Shown here: positions 10,107 to 20,301 of the stretch, piece by piece
How the letters are laid out: each line of letters opens with the position of its first letter
How positions within the stretch are numbered: position 1 is the stretch's first letter
Translations under genes and position numbers: made by a program
Notes under the pieces: generated by a model
Databases searched by the model: none
Seen by the model: only the letters and a program-made list of their open reading frames with translations
What the model was told of the DNA's origin: nothing
NCBI GenBank assembly: GCA_964595645.1
Contig: CAZQQT010000004.1
Coordinates: forward strand, 96,001 to 160,000
Source: an uncultured Thermococci archaeon
Lineage (GTDB): Archaea; Methanobacteriota_B; Thermococci; Methanofastidiosales; B48-G16
Reading direction: 5' to 3'
DNA length: 64,000 bases

Positions 10107-10895
10107 TTACATGTGCATATAGCTCAAGATTTTATAGAGGAAGTTCGCGGCCGTTAATGATGTCCTGTTTACTGTTCTCGCACGGACCTCACAGATATCG
10201 AACCCCAGAATCTCGTTCTGTGCGATGATTTTTTTAATCTGGGTGATACCCTGAGAAAATGTCATGCCGCCAGGAACGTAATTCCCAACATGCTCACAAT
10301 CGAAGACGTCCATATCGATACTCAGGTAGATTTTTTTGCCATAGGGAATATTCGTACTAATGTCAGCATCCTTGATAAACTCGTACTCCTCCTTGCTCAC
10401 CTGACGCACACCGAGAATATGCTCCTGAATCCCCAGTTCATAAATACGCCGCATCACACACGCATGGGAGAGTGTTTCACCCAGATAAGTGTTATGAAGA
10501 TCGAAATGTGCATCCAAGACGACAACTGCCTCCGGTTCTATCGCTTTCACCGCAGGATACGTGATGGAATGCTCTCCGCCAAGCACAGCTACTTTTTTTT
10601 CTTCGTACTCAGCGATGGCCTCCTCTACCCGCTCCAGTGTCTCCTGAATATTCCCTGGTACCACGTGGAGATCACCGGCATCGTGGAGCCGTATTGTGGA
10701 GAGATCCGTCTCCGTCTCCATATCGAAAAGCTCGAGATCGAAGGATGCTTTTCGGATCGACGATGGACCGAACCGCTGTCCTGGGAGAGAGGACGCAGTA
10801 GAATCCAATGGGATACCAAGAAGAATGATATCAGCGCTGCTGTAGGGTGTGGTATCTAACGGGAAAAAAATTTTCGACGTGTGCAAGAAGGTCAC
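10107..10895 (-). CDS. speB: Agmatinase (arginase family)
   Basis: GGEHSIT, DAHFD, SIDMDVFD; adjacent to eIF5A. Confidence 0.9.
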   Translation of the reverse strand: MTFLHTSKIFFPLDTTPYSSADIILLGIPLDSTASSLPGQRFGPSSIRKASFDLELFDMETETDLSTIRLHDAGDLHVVPGNIQETLERVEEAIAEYEEKKVAVLGGEHSITYPAVKAIEPEAVVVLDAHFDLHNTYLGETLSHACVMRRIYELGIQEHILGVRQVSKEEYEFIKDADISTNIPYGKKIYLSIDMDVFDCEHVGNYVPGGMTFSQGITQIKKIIAQNEILGFDICEVRARTVNRTSLTAANFLYKILSYMHM

Positions 10896-11293
10896 TCTTT
10901 AACCCGGATAATTTTTACTCTGCCCAAGGTCTCCCAGTACTCGACGTTCACTCCTTGTGCAATCTCCCCTTGTACCTCATCGGGATCCGGCATCGGGACG
11001 TCGAAGGTCTCGTAGGAGTTCATATCCATGAGCTGAATCGTGTCATTGATGATGGCTGTGACCATTCCAGTATTTTTATCGATGATTGGCACATCGATTT
11101 TTGTGTCTACCGGTTTTACGACGCTCCTTTTCCTGCCATCGAAAACACCGACGGCCATTATTCGTGACTTTGCACTTCCGTGTTTTCCGGGAGATGAGGT
11201 CTGTATCTTTTTAATCTCGCACGGTTCACCGTCGATCAACATGTATCGTCCTTCTTTGAGTGATCCTACTCGTGTCTGTTGCTTTCCGCCCAT
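10892..11293 (-). CDS. eif5a: Translation factor aIF5A
   Basis: Hypusine motif SPGKHGSAK; start MGGKQQ. Confidence 0.97.
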   Translation of the reverse strand: MGGKQQTRVGSLKEGRYMLIDGEPCEIKKIQTSSPGKHGSAKSRIMAVGVFDGRKRSVVKPVDTKIDVPIIDKNTGMVTAIINDTIQLMDMNSYETFDVPMPDPDEVQGEIAQGVNVEYWETLGRVKIIRVKE

Positions 11294-11336
11294 GATTTTT
11301 CCCTCTTGTCTTTTTTGGAAGAAGAAAATAAAAAGG

Positions 11337-11540
11337 TTATTGTTCTTCAATATACCGTAAAAGAATTGTGATATCTGTCCGCAGGGTCGGATTTGCCTTT
11401 TTTCTACGCTTTTTCAGCTCTTTTATCACATCATTTTTAGATTTTCCTTCTAGTGCTGAAACTATCTCCTTTACCTTCTTTAAATACGCAAGATGTGGAG
11501 CTGCCTCCTCATATATTTCCATAAGGCTCTTGGATGACAT
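11337..11540 (-). CDS. Small hypothetical protein
   Basis: 67-aa ORF in same-strand operon. Confidence 0.55.
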   Translation of the reverse strand: MSSKSLMEIYEEAAPHLAYLKKVKEIVSALEGKSKNDVIKELKKRRKKANPTLRTDITILLRYIEEQ

Positions 11541-11555
11541 TGGTTTCCTTCCCGA

Positions 11556-13169
11556 TTATACTAGTTCCAAAACTTCAAAATCTATCACGACTTCATCCTG
11601 AATGAACACGACTACTCCTTCCTCTATATCTATCCGTTCCTTAAGTATTTTTTCACTTTCAAGTGTGATCTCCCTCGTGATATGATCCTGCGCAACATTT
11701 GGATACTGTTGTGTTTTGTGCTCCATATCCTTATAGGTTACAATGTAGAGTGTGTACTTCTCAGAAGAAGGCTGCAACGGTGTGATTTTTATGGTGAGTT
11801 CATTATTTTCATAATTGAGATCGATGATAGCGTTGTCGTCCTTCTGGAGCTCCTCGTCTATTTTCTCTCGATACTTTGCCGCAACGCCTGTGTATCCTCC
11901 AATAACTTTGTTGTTCCCATTGAAATATACCGTAGGATATCCCTCAAATCCATAGTGATCGAGCCGTTTTTCTGAAATAGTGGTCTCCATGAAATCGCCA
12001 GGATGGTACTGAATACAGAATACCTCCTCTCCGTACTCCTGTGATATCTCCTCTATTGCCGCTTCTGCCTCGGGGCAGTACTGGCACCATGTTGCCGTGA
12101 ACATCTCTGCGAAAACCTTCTTTTGTGTTCCACCTGTCACAATCTGCAGTTCGATTTCTTTTTCTAGTCCTGATTCAGAGTTGACAGAGAGAGAGAACTG
12201 CGCATCTGAGTGTACTTCTGGAACTGTGACGGTAACACTGGACTGATCTCCAGAAGATAATTGAATCTCCTGTTCTGAGAGGATTCCTTCCTCCGTCTCA
12301 ATGGAGTATGTGTCTTCAGCGTTGCCGGTATTAGTGATCTGTACGTTGAAGGTTACATCGTATCCTTTTGGTGTGTACTTTTTCGGTTCTGCACAGCGCA
12401 GTGTGAAATTGTGTTCCTTTTTTATCTGGGCCGTGAGTGTGATACGCTTCTCTTCACCATGTTGGGGAATAATCCGTAGGGACACCGTTCCTTCTTCTCC
12501 TCCATCTCCGTTATACGATGTAGTAACAAATACATCCAAAGTTTTCGACTCATTCTGTGCTAAAGAGAGACTCTCATCGGATAGAGAAACTTTCCACGCT
12601 TCTGGTAGATTTTTTTCCGTAGAAAATGAGTACGTATCTTCTTCTCCCATATTTTTGATGTCCAAGGAGAATTTTGCTGTTTTTGAAGCTCCTACCTCCT
12701 TCTCCTTTTCACCGGTCACAGTATACCTGTATTCCTTTTCCTCAACGTCTGCTGTGACGTAGAACTCCTTCTGGTATGAGTCATTCTCATCTTGAATGGA
12801 GAAGGTGACCGTTCCTTCCTCGTGCTGATCGAAATCTGGCATCACACCAATCACAACATCAAGACTCTCCCCTCCTTCTATCGTGCGCGTAGCATTGTTG
12901 TAGAAACAGAGATCGTTGAAACAGAAGTTTGCTTCCCATCCTGCTGGCAGGTTCTTCTTCAGATGGAAGGTAAGATCCTGTGGTTCTATCTCCGTGTTCG
13001 TGATATTCACTGTGAAAGTAGCATCGCCGGTACTGAGTGCTTGTGTTCTTTCCGGATAATAAATATCAAGTCCACCCTCTGTGACTGCTTCACTCTCGAC
13101 TGACATGCGAAGGTATCCGAGCATGAGCGCACATATGATTGTCGTTACAGCCACATACTTCAGGAACAT
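11556..13169 (-). CDS. Exported protein with three Ig-like (NEW3-like) domains and C-terminal thioredoxin/Omp28-like domain
   Basis: N-terminal hydrophobic signal; repeated N.G..DTY; FTATWCQYCP and GYPT. Confidence 0.75.
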   Translation of the reverse strand: MFLKYVAVTTIICALMLGYLRMSVESEAVTEGGLDIYYPERTQALSTGDATFTVNITNTEIEPQDLTFHLKKNLPAGWEANFCFNDLCFYNNATRTIEGGESLDVVIGVMPDFDQHEEGTVTFSIQDENDSYQKEFYVTADVEEKEYRYTVTGEKEKEVGASKTAKFSLDIKNMGEEDTYSFSTEKNLPEAWKVSLSDESLSLAQNESKTLDVFVTTSYNGDGGEEGTVSLRIIPQHGEEKRITLTAQIKKEHNFTLRCAEPKKYTPKGYDVTFNVQITNTGNAEDTYSIETEEGILSEQEIQLSSGDQSSVTVTVPEVHSDAQFSLSVNSESGLEKEIELQIVTGGTQKKVFAEMFTATWCQYCPEAEAAIEEISQEYGEEVFCIQYHPGDFMETTISEKRLDHYGFEGYPTVYFNGNNKVIGGYTGVAAKYREKIDEELQKDDNAIIDLNYENNELTIKITPLQPSSEKYTLYIVTYKDMEHKTQQYPNVAQDHITREITLESEKILKERIDIEEGVVVFIQDEVVIDFEVLELV

Positions 13170-13894
13170 ATATCTCCCTCGATGTCCTCTATAAATTTTT
13201 TTGCGGTATCAACATCAATACACTGAGAACGGAGTTCTCGCATCACCCGTTGTATTGAATACCGTGTGAGGAACGGGTACTTCTCATGTAACTGTTTAAG
13301 GAACGCACACCCAAATTCCTGTGATTCCTCGCCTGTGATCTCACGATGATCCTCCTTCGTAAACGAGAGCATTGCAGGAATATTGAGCCGATACAGCTCC
13401 CCTACTTTGTAGATTGCGTGAGAACCGACAGAAAGCATGTCCCCAAATCCAACGAATTTATATCCATTGTGTTGAGCAAACTCATAAATTTTTTCTTCTA
13501 TAAAAGAATGACACCGTCCACACGGATGAAAACGCTTTTTTTCTGCCTCCTGCCAAATTTTTTGATATGTGTTATCATGAATAAAATTGAGAGGGATCTC
13601 ATGATCTTCGCAAAAGCGTTCTACAGGCTCCTTTCGTGATTTTGATACCAAAAATGTGACGGCCTCTGGAGTAAGGTGAAACTCTTTGGCAACGAGCGCG
13701 GAGGCCTTGCTGTCAATTCCTCCAGAAAGTGCTATCAGCGTCTTGGCACTTTTCGGTGGTTTTTCCGTCTCGCCAAGCCTTGATTTGAGTATAGGCTTTA
13801 TATATGTATCTAAATCTTTATCTCCGTATTTCTCCAATCTTTTTAGTGCGTTCCGCACCCGATAAGTATCTCTAAATGTTTTTGCCTGTTTCAT
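13160..13894 (-). CDS. PP-loop ATPase (COG1365/QueC-like)
   Basis: ALSGGIDS PP-loop, HPCGRC, FGDMLS.G, GC..L. Confidence 0.8.
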   Translation of the reverse strand: MKQAKTFRDTYRVRNALKRLEKYGDKDLDTYIKPILKSRLGETEKPPKSAKTLIALSGGIDSKASALVAKEFHLTPEAVTFLVSKSRKEPVERFCEDHEIPLNFIHDNTYQKIWQEAEKKRFHPCGRCHSFIEEKIYEFAQHNGYKFVGFGDMLSVGSHAIYKVGELYRLNIPAMLSFTKEDHREITGEESQEFGCAFLKQLHEKYPFLTRYSIQRVMRELRSQCIDVDTAKKFIEDIEGDICS

Positions 13895-14718
13895 GATTTT
13901 CCCTTGTAATATGTATAGACGCTGGTGGACCCCCATTTCGGTTCGCAAAGTCCCTCATACACCTCCCAGAGTGTTTTTTCGAGAAAGATACTGCTTTTTT
14001 CCCGCATGCAGGAGTCCTTTTCTTCGGTGAGATTTTTTCTCTTCCACCTGTTCAGCCAAAAAAAGGTGGTGGGATTCACAAGGATTGTACCATCGTGGTA
14101 CTTGATTTCTTCATCAAAATCACCCAAAACAAGGGGAATGTCGTTTTTCTGTGCATACTCCAGCGCACATTTCCGTGTTGTCTCTTTACACTCGCTACAG
14201 TCCTGGATTCTCTCCTCAATGATCACGGATTCATAGGAACTCGTGATCTTTGGGTAGGTGAGGCGGATGGTGAGTGGAGTAGGATCGAACCCCAGTATTT
14301 TTGATATACGGAATGAATGGAGACTTTTGCAGGGTACTACTAATGACTTACCATTCGTTGGAAGCGGATCCATCTCCCCTGCAAGATTACGTTCGTTTTC
14401 TAGGTATTTTTTGAGTCTTTCTGAGATAGGATCGTCCTTTAACGCGTGAAGGCTTTTTGTGAGGAGTTCCTTCCTTTTTTTTCTATCGAGATGAGAGAGT
14501 ACTGTCACATACCGCACACCGACTCGTTTTTTGAGCTCTGCCACCACCTTCCCGTATCCAATGATATTGCTCTTATCAGCCCTGTCTTCGGCGATAATGT
14601 AGAGGGTATCTCGCTCTCCATTGTAGATAGTTTGTTTTATTTCTGGTGTCCTCTGTGGAAATCCAAAGTCTTTTCTGATGGCGATAATCTCCTGCAATAC
14701 CCTATCCTTGTTAAACAT
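13891..14718 (-). CDS. COG1365-related protein (KH-like N-terminus, degenerate PP-loop half)
   Basis: LYIIAEDRADKSNIIG; CSEC retained; no SGGxDS. Confidence 0.6.
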   Translation of the reverse strand: MFNKDRVLQEIIAIRKDFGFPQRTPEIKQTIYNGERDTLYIIAEDRADKSNIIGYGKVVAELKKRVGVRYVTVLSHLDRKKRKELLTKSLHALKDDPISERLKKYLENERNLAGEMDPLPTNGKSLVVPCKSLHSFRISKILGFDPTPLTIRLTYPKITSSYESVIIEERIQDCSECKETTRKCALEYAQKNDIPLVLGDFDEEIKYHDGTILVNPTTFFWLNRWKRKNLTEEKDSCMREKSSIFLEKTLWEVYEGLCEPKWGSTSVYTYYKGKS

Positions 14719-14834
14719 TCGTTGTTACTCGTCGCAATGGTTATAAAAAGGTTTGGTTATACACGCTGTACTCCAAAAATTGGACTTCCCCCCACATAAA
14801 AAAATTTTTATAGCGTGAAAAGATAAAATTGCCT

Positions 14835-15572
14835 ATGGAAACACCGAAAGAGAACATTTTTGAAGAGGCGAAAAGAATCATTGATGTTACCATCGAAAAT
14901 GATGTGCATCTCAAACTCATGGGGGGACTCGCGACAAGGATTCACTGCGAGGTAGAAGGGTTTTGTAACCGTGAGTACTCGGATATCGATGTCGTCGGTC
15001 TGAGCAAAGAAAAAAGCAGCATCGAGGATATATTCTCACAGTTGGGATACATACCGGATACTCGGTTCAATGCACTCCACGGACACAAGCGACTCAAGTT
15101 CGAGGAGGATATATATGGCAGGCATGTGGATGTGTTCCTCGATCGATTTGATATGGACCACGACTGGGATCTCTCCACACGGTTGAATAGTGAAGCGCAC
15201 ACGCTTCCCCTGAGCGATCTTCTTCTAATGAAACTCCAGATCTGCAAAATTAACGAAAAAGATATACGGGATATCCTCACCATGGTAAAAGACGCGAGGA
15301 TAGGAGAAGAGGAGGCACCCCATACAATAAACCTAAACTACATCGCAGAGAGATGTGCACAAGACTGGGAACTGTATGAATCTGTGCTCGAAAATATAAA
15401 GAAAATAGGAATGATGCTGGATGAGTACGATCTTAGTGGAGAAAAAACAACAATCGAAAAAAGATTAAAAAAGTTGATGAAAAAGCTAATAGCGCATCCT
15501 AAGACGGCAAAATGGAAGCTGCGTGCTGTTATAGGAAAACACCGCAAATGGTGTCAGACTGTTGAAGAATAA
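14835..15572 (+). CDS. Pol-beta superfamily nucleotidyltransferase
   Basis: LMGGLA...R.YSDID, third Asp in VDVF, KLQI..NEKD..D. Confidence 0.75.
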   Translation: METPKENIFEEAKRIIDVTIENDVHLKLMGGLATRIHCEVEGFCNREYSDIDVVGLSKEKSSIEDIFSQLGYIPDTRFNALHGHKRLKFEEDIYGRHVDVFLDRFDMDHDWDLSTRLNSEAHTLPLSDLLLMKLQICKINEKDIRDILTMVKDARIGEEEAPHTINLNYIAERCAQDWELYESVLENIKKIGMMLDEYDLSGEKTTIEKRLKKLMKKLIAHPKTAKWKLRAVIGKHRKWCQTVEE

Positions 15573-15653
15573 ACGCAGATATTCATTTATTTTTTTGGAT
15601 ATGGCAAAATTGCGATCGAAAGGTTTTTAAACAAGAAACATGATAATAGTAAA

Positions 15654-15727
15654 GAGGAGGCTGGGGAGCAAACAGCTCTTCTGTTCACCACCTCCCACAC
15701 CCCCCACTCCTCGGCCTCCTCACTTTT
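15654..15727 (+). ncRNA. Candidate small RNA: 15-bp closing stem, internal hairpin, C-rich loop
   Basis: GAGGAGGCTGGGGAG (15654-15668) pairs with CTCCTCGGCCTCCTC (15707-15721) using two G-U pairs; TTTTTAAA box about 22 nt upstream; T-tract after. Confidence 0.55.
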
Positions 15728-15856
15728 TAGATGGATAATTTAACTGAATAGGTAACACCGTTTGGAGAGCGTGTATATTAATCTTTCCCCTGATTTAAAA
15801 TTTTCCTTATAATTGTATATGAACAATATATTGAACTATAAAAAAAGAAAAGAAGA

Positions 15857-17290
15857 TCAGTAGTGTTTCGCGAAGTAGACAAGATCGTCAGTTTCCTTTC
15901 CACAGACCACGCATTCTCCTTTTTTGGACTCTTCAAAGAGAATACACGCAGAGGTCGCTCCTGTATCGTCCTTTATTCTTTCTTCACATTCTATGGAACT
16001 ACAGAAAGGAATTTGCACCATCTTTCTTTCCTCTATCGCCTTTTTTAGCTCGTCATAGGAGTGTACCTCGATGGTATTATCTTTGAGGAAGGTTTGTGCC
16101 TGCGTGTAGAGATTCGTCTGTATCGCCTGGAGGGTTTTTTCTGTTTCTTCGGCGATGGTTTCCATGGAGACCGCCGTCTTTTCTCCTGTATCTCTCCTCA
16201 CGAACATTACCTGGTTTTTCTTGATATCCCTGGGACCGATCTCGATACGTAGCGGCACACCCTTCAGCTCCCAGTGATTGAACTTGTACCCTGCAGTATA
16301 CTCCTCTCTATCATCGAGATGCACGGAATGCGTTTTCTCCAGTACGCTTCTTATTTCTTCAGCTTTCTCCAGTACACCCTTCTTCTTGTCTTCAAAGACG
16401 ATGGGCACTATCACGATCTCTATCGGTGCTACTCTGGGCGGGAGTACGAGTCCTCTGTCATCCGCATGGGTCATTATTAATGCTGCGATAGTTCGGGTTG
16501 TCAGACCCCATGAGGTCTGCCAGACGTACTTCTCCTTCTCATCGCTATCCGTATATGTGATGTTGAAGACCTTGGCAAAGTTTTGACCGAGATTATGGGA
16601 CGTGCCGCCCTGTACCGCCCGTCCATCGGGCATCAGCGCCTCCACGGTAGTGGTGTACAGCGCGCCGGCAAATTTCTCATTTTCCGTTTTATATCCTGAT
16701 ATCACTGGAATCGCCAGCAGCTCTTCGTAAACTTCCTTATATATATCTAGTATCTTCAGCATCTCTTCATCCGCCTCCTCCTTTGTAGCGTGGCAGGTGT
16801 GCCCTTCCTGCCACAGGAATTCTCTGGTCCGCATGAAGAGCTTGGTCATCTTCGTCTCCCACCGTACAACATTCGCCCATTGGTTGATGAGGAGGGGGAG
16901 ATCCCGGTAACTTCGTATCCACTGTGCGTACATATGGTTGATGATGGTCTCAGAGGTCGGCCGGATTGCCAGTTTCTCGTGCAGTTTCGAACTCCCTCCA
17001 TGGGTCACCCACGCAACTTCAGGGGAAAATCCTTCCACATGATCTGCTTCTTTTTTAAAAAACTTCTCTGGGATGAATAGGGGAAAGTACGCGTTTTTAT
17101 GTCCTGTCTCCTTGATTCGTCTATCCAGATATCCTTTAATTTTCTCCCATATTTCGTATCCGTAGGGCCGTATCACCATACACCCTTTTATCGGGGAGAA
17201 ATCTGCTAGTTCTGCTTTTAAAACCACCTGATTGTACCATTCTGAAAAATCTTCAGATTTTTTTACCATTATACCTTCTTCTTCTGCCAT
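15857..17290 (-). CDS. proS: Prolyl-tRNA synthetase (archaeal/eukaryotic type)
   Basis: RPTSET, RWE....FMRTREFLWQEGH, GTSHNLGQNF, C-terminal Tyr. Confidence 0.98.
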   Translation of the reverse strand: MAEEEGIMVKKSEDFSEWYNQVVLKAELADFSPIKGCMVIRPYGYEIWEKIKGYLDRRIKETGHKNAYFPLFIPEKFFKKEADHVEGFSPEVAWVTHGGSSKLHEKLAIRPTSETIINHMYAQWIRSYRDLPLLINQWANVVRWETKMTKLFMRTREFLWQEGHTCHATKEEADEEMLKILDIYKEVYEELLAIPVISGYKTENEKFAGALYTTTVEALMPDGRAVQGGTSHNLGQNFAKVFNITYTDSDEKEKYVWQTSWGLTTRTIAALIMTHADDRGLVLPPRVAPIEIVIVPIVFEDKKKGVLEKAEEIRSVLEKTHSVHLDDREEYTAGYKFNHWELKGVPLRIEIGPRDIKKNQVMFVRRDTGEKTAVSMETIAEETEKTLQAIQTNLYTQAQTFLKDNTIEVHSYDELKKAIEERKMVQIPFCSSIECEERIKDDTGATSACILFEESKKGECVVCGKETDDLVYFAKHY

Positions 17291-17333
17291 AGGCTAACCC
17301 TCCTGTAATTTTTTTGTTTCTTTGCAAGAAAAG

Positions 17334-17399
17334 CATCACTAAAAGAAGATTTTCTCAGAAAATTACCGACATGGAACTACATCACTTCTTTTAGTCATG
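17334..17399 (-). promoter_or_regulatory. Structured proS leader with inverted repeat and short uORF
   Basis: 14/15 inverted repeat 17334-17348 / 17385-17399; minus-strand TATA-like TTTTTATA near 17420-17427. Confidence 0.4.
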
Positions 17400-17583
17400 A
17401 GTGTACATTTTGAGAAGGCTATAAAAAGGTTTCGGTGACTGTGCATCGCGAGATGGTTCGCATTTTCGTGCGAGGGTTTCTCTAGACAAGAGTGCTGCAA
17501 AAGACCATGTGAACGAGGTTCGACGCATATGGAAGAGAAGGTTATTAAAATAATAGGAAGGAAAGATACTCAGAGGAATTGAC

Positions 17584-18027
17584 ATGCAGAGGATCGAGGT
17601 AATAGGAAGGATACTGTTGAGGAGCGAAAATCATCTCCTTCTCACCAAAAAAGTGGATAGATCGTACACCTTTTTACCCGGTGGTCACGTGGAGTTCAAC
17701 GAAGAGACGAAAACCGCTATCCTACGGGAGTTAAAGGAAGAATTCAATGGGCGGGCGAACATCAACGAATTCGTTGGGGTTCTCGAATGTTCATTTGACC
17801 AGGACGCTCGACGACATCATGAACTGAACTTCCTCTTTTCTGGTGAACTGTTAAACTACCGTTACCCTGCGCCACCAGAACCACGTGAACCTCACCTAAA
17901 GTTCCTGTGGCAGCCGATCAACGATCTGAAGAACGTGAACCTGTTACCTCCCCCGATCATCCCTCTCATTCACAACTACTATGCACATGGGGGAAAAGGG
18001 ATATGGAGAAGTGGGATGGAAAAATGA
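17584..18027 (+). CDS. NUDIX hydrolase
   Basis: LPGGHVEFNEETKTAILRELKEE Nudix box. Confidence 0.9.
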   Translation: MQRIEVIGRILLRSENHLLLTKKVDRSYTFLPGGHVEFNEETKTAILRELKEEFNGRANINEFVGVLECSFDQDARRHHELNFLFSGELLNYRYPAPPEPREPHLKFLWQPINDLKNVNLLPPPIIPLIHNYYAHGGKGIWRSGMEK

Positions 18028-18752
18028 AGATGTGCAGGAACGGATCTCTCCCCAAGGGGATGCTCTTCGATCTGGACGATACAATCGTCGCCTTTAAAGC
18101 AGTGGCCGATACTGTGTGGAAGGAAGTCTGTGAAAAATACGCTGAGTACCTTCCCACGTGTGACACGGAGGAACTCTACACAACAATCAACAGCGTCCGA
18201 CGGTGGTACTGGGGAGATCCAGAACGACATAAAGAAGGAAGACATAGAATTGAGAAGACGCGAAGAAAGATCGTGAGAAATGCCTTTAAAAGGCTTGAAA
18301 TGGACAATCACTCCCTCGCCCACGAGATCGCCGATGCATACTCGACGCAACGCCTGGAAGCGATGCATCTGTTTCCAGGGGCAAAGGAGACACTGACATA
18401 CCTCACCGATCACGGTGTATCCCTCACACTTGTGACGAACGGGCCGGGACCGTACCAGCGAGCGAAGATAGAACGGTTCGATCTGGAACGCTTTTTTTCT
18501 TCCATCCTCATTGAAGGAGAACTCGGATACGGAAAGCCCGAAAGGAAAATTTATCTTCGAGCGTTGGAAGAGTTAGGATTGGAACCAGAAGAGGTGTGGT
18601 CAGTAGGAGACAATCTCAAATGGGAGGTCGAAGCTCCGCAACAGCTAGGGATCTACAGCGTGTGGCATGATTACAAGAGAGGAGGACTCCCGCCGGGAAG
18701 CAAGATTGTTCCTGACAGAATCATTCATCGGATCGCAGAGTTAGTTGAATGA
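18024..18752 (+). CDS. HAD-superfamily hydrolase
   Basis: FDLDDT, TNG, GKP, VGDN motifs; start trimmed to MKMC. Confidence 0.9.
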   Translation: MKMCRNGSLPKGMLFDLDDTIVAFKAVADTVWKEVCEKYAEYLPTCDTEELYTTINSVRRWYWGDPERHKEGRHRIEKTRRKIVRNAFKRLEMDNHSLAHEIADAYSTQRLEAMHLFPGAKETLTYLTDHGVSLTLVTNGPGPYQRAKIERFDLERFFSSILIEGELGYGKPERKIYLRALEELGLEPEEVWSVGDNLKWEVEAPQQLGIYSVWHDYKRGGLPPGSKIVPDRIIHRIAELVE

Positions 18753-18844
18753 ACATTTGTGTACTGTGGGGGCGAGAAAAGCGCAAAAAGTTTAAAAAGA
18801 TTTAAACCATATTCTCTGTGAAACATTACAAGGAGGTAAAATAG

Positions 18845-19591
18845 ATGGAAAATAAATGGAAATATATGGGCCTTTTAATTGTAGCCGTCATGCTGGTTTC
18901 AGCTGTAAGCGGCTGCATGGGCGGAGAAGAAGAAAAGAAAAAAATAATCGTAGGAACAGCTGCAGGATTCGCTCCTTTCGAGTACAAAGAAAACGGAGAA
19001 ATAGTGGGCTTCGATATCGATATGATCAAGAAAATAGCGGAGGACCAAGGGTACGAAGTAGAAATACAGAACATGGCCTTTGATGCACTGATACCTGCGC
19101 TGAAGAATGAGAAGATCGATGTGATTGCTGCTGCCATGACGATCACAGAAGAAAGAGCGCAGCAAATATCCTTCACCGACCCCTATTACGAAGCAGATCA
19201 GTCTATTCTCGTGAGAAAGGGCTATGAAGAAGTGCAAAAACCTGAAGATCTGAAAGGACTGAAGGTCGGTGCACAGACCGGTACCACTGGGGCTGGTTGG
19301 GTAAAGGAGAACATTGGCGATGAAAATCTCAGTCGGTACGAACAGTACCCACTCTGTGTCAAGGACCTGATAAACGGGAACATCGATGCAGTGGTCCTCG
19401 ACAAGCCGGTGGCCAAGAACTTTGAACAGCAGGAAGATGTTGTTGTCGCTGTTACCATTGAAACGGGAGAGGAATACGGACTTGGAGTCAGGAAAGGAGA
19501 CACAGAACTTTTGAACGACTTGAACGAAGGATTGAAAAATCTAAAAGACTCCGAAGAGTGGAATGAACTTGTGAGCAAATACTTCGGCTGA
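18845..19591 (+). CDS. Polar amino-acid ABC transporter substrate-binding lipoprotein
   Basis: Lipobox VSGC; FAPFEY..GFDID; GAQTGTTG. Confidence 0.95.
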   Translation: MENKWKYMGLLIVAVMLVSAVSGCMGGEEEKKKIIVGTAAGFAPFEYKENGEIVGFDIDMIKKIAEDQGYEVEIQNMAFDALIPALKNEKIDVIAAAMTITEERAQQISFTDPYYEADQSILVRKGYEEVQKPEDLKGLKVGAQTGTTGAGWVKENIGDENLSRYEQYPLCVKDLINGNIDAVVLDKPVAKNFEQQEDVVVAVTIETGEEYGLGVRKGDTELLNDLNEGLKNLKDSEEWNELVSKYFG

Positions 19592-19613
19592 ACTACCAAG
19601 GGAACGTGATTAC

Positions 19614-20297
19614 GTGGACGTCAACTACCTAATCAATGCACTACCGCAACTCCTTCACGGACTGAAAACGACACTAGGACTCACAGTACTGAGCCTGGCC
19701 CTCGGGACTCCACTGGGGATCCTGATGGCCTTTGGACGTTCCTACGGAAACAAATTTCTTTTTTTTCCTATTTATGTGTATGAAAGAGTGTTGAGAGGGA
19801 TCCCCCTTCTCGTCATATTCTTCCTTATCTACTTCGGATCTTCCCAGATAGGAATCAATCTGAATGCCTTCACAGCTGCAATACTGGGTCTGGGGCTCCG
19901 AAGCACCGCGTACCAAGCACAGATCTTTCGAAGTGCGATAAATTCTATTCCACGGGGGCAGATGATCGCCGCTAGAAGTATCGGCATGTCGAAACTCCAA
20001 TCGATCCGTCACATCATTCTTCCCCAGATTCTGCGGCTCTCGATTCCCGGATGGTCCAACGAGTATACCATTCTATTGAAGGACACATCCATCGCCTTTG
20101 CAATCGGAGTACCGGAGATGATGGAAGCGGCGAATGCCCTGATTACAAGCATCAACACCCCCCCAGGAATCATCCTTCCGCTGTATCTCATAGTGGCAGC
20201 GATATATTTTGTCCTGGTCGTATCAACTAACCAAGTATTAAATTACTTAGAGAGGAAATACAAAATGTCAGGATTTGAAACGGAGATAGAGAGGTGA
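19614..20297 (+). CDS. Amino-acid ABC transporter permease
   Basis: [29 protein letters not shown]. Confidence 0.95.
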   Translation: MDVNYLINALPQLLHGLKTTLGLTVLSLALGTPLGILMAFGRSYGNKFLFFPIYVYERVLRGIPLLVIFFLIYFGSSQIGINLNAFTAAILGLGLRSTAYQAQIFRSAINSIPRGQMIAARSIGMSKLQSIRHIILPQILRLSIPGWSNEYTILLKDTSIAFAIGVPEMMEAANALITSINTPPGIILPLYLIVAAIYFVLVVSTNQVLNYLERKYKMSGFETEIER

Positions 20298-20301
20298 TAC
20301 C

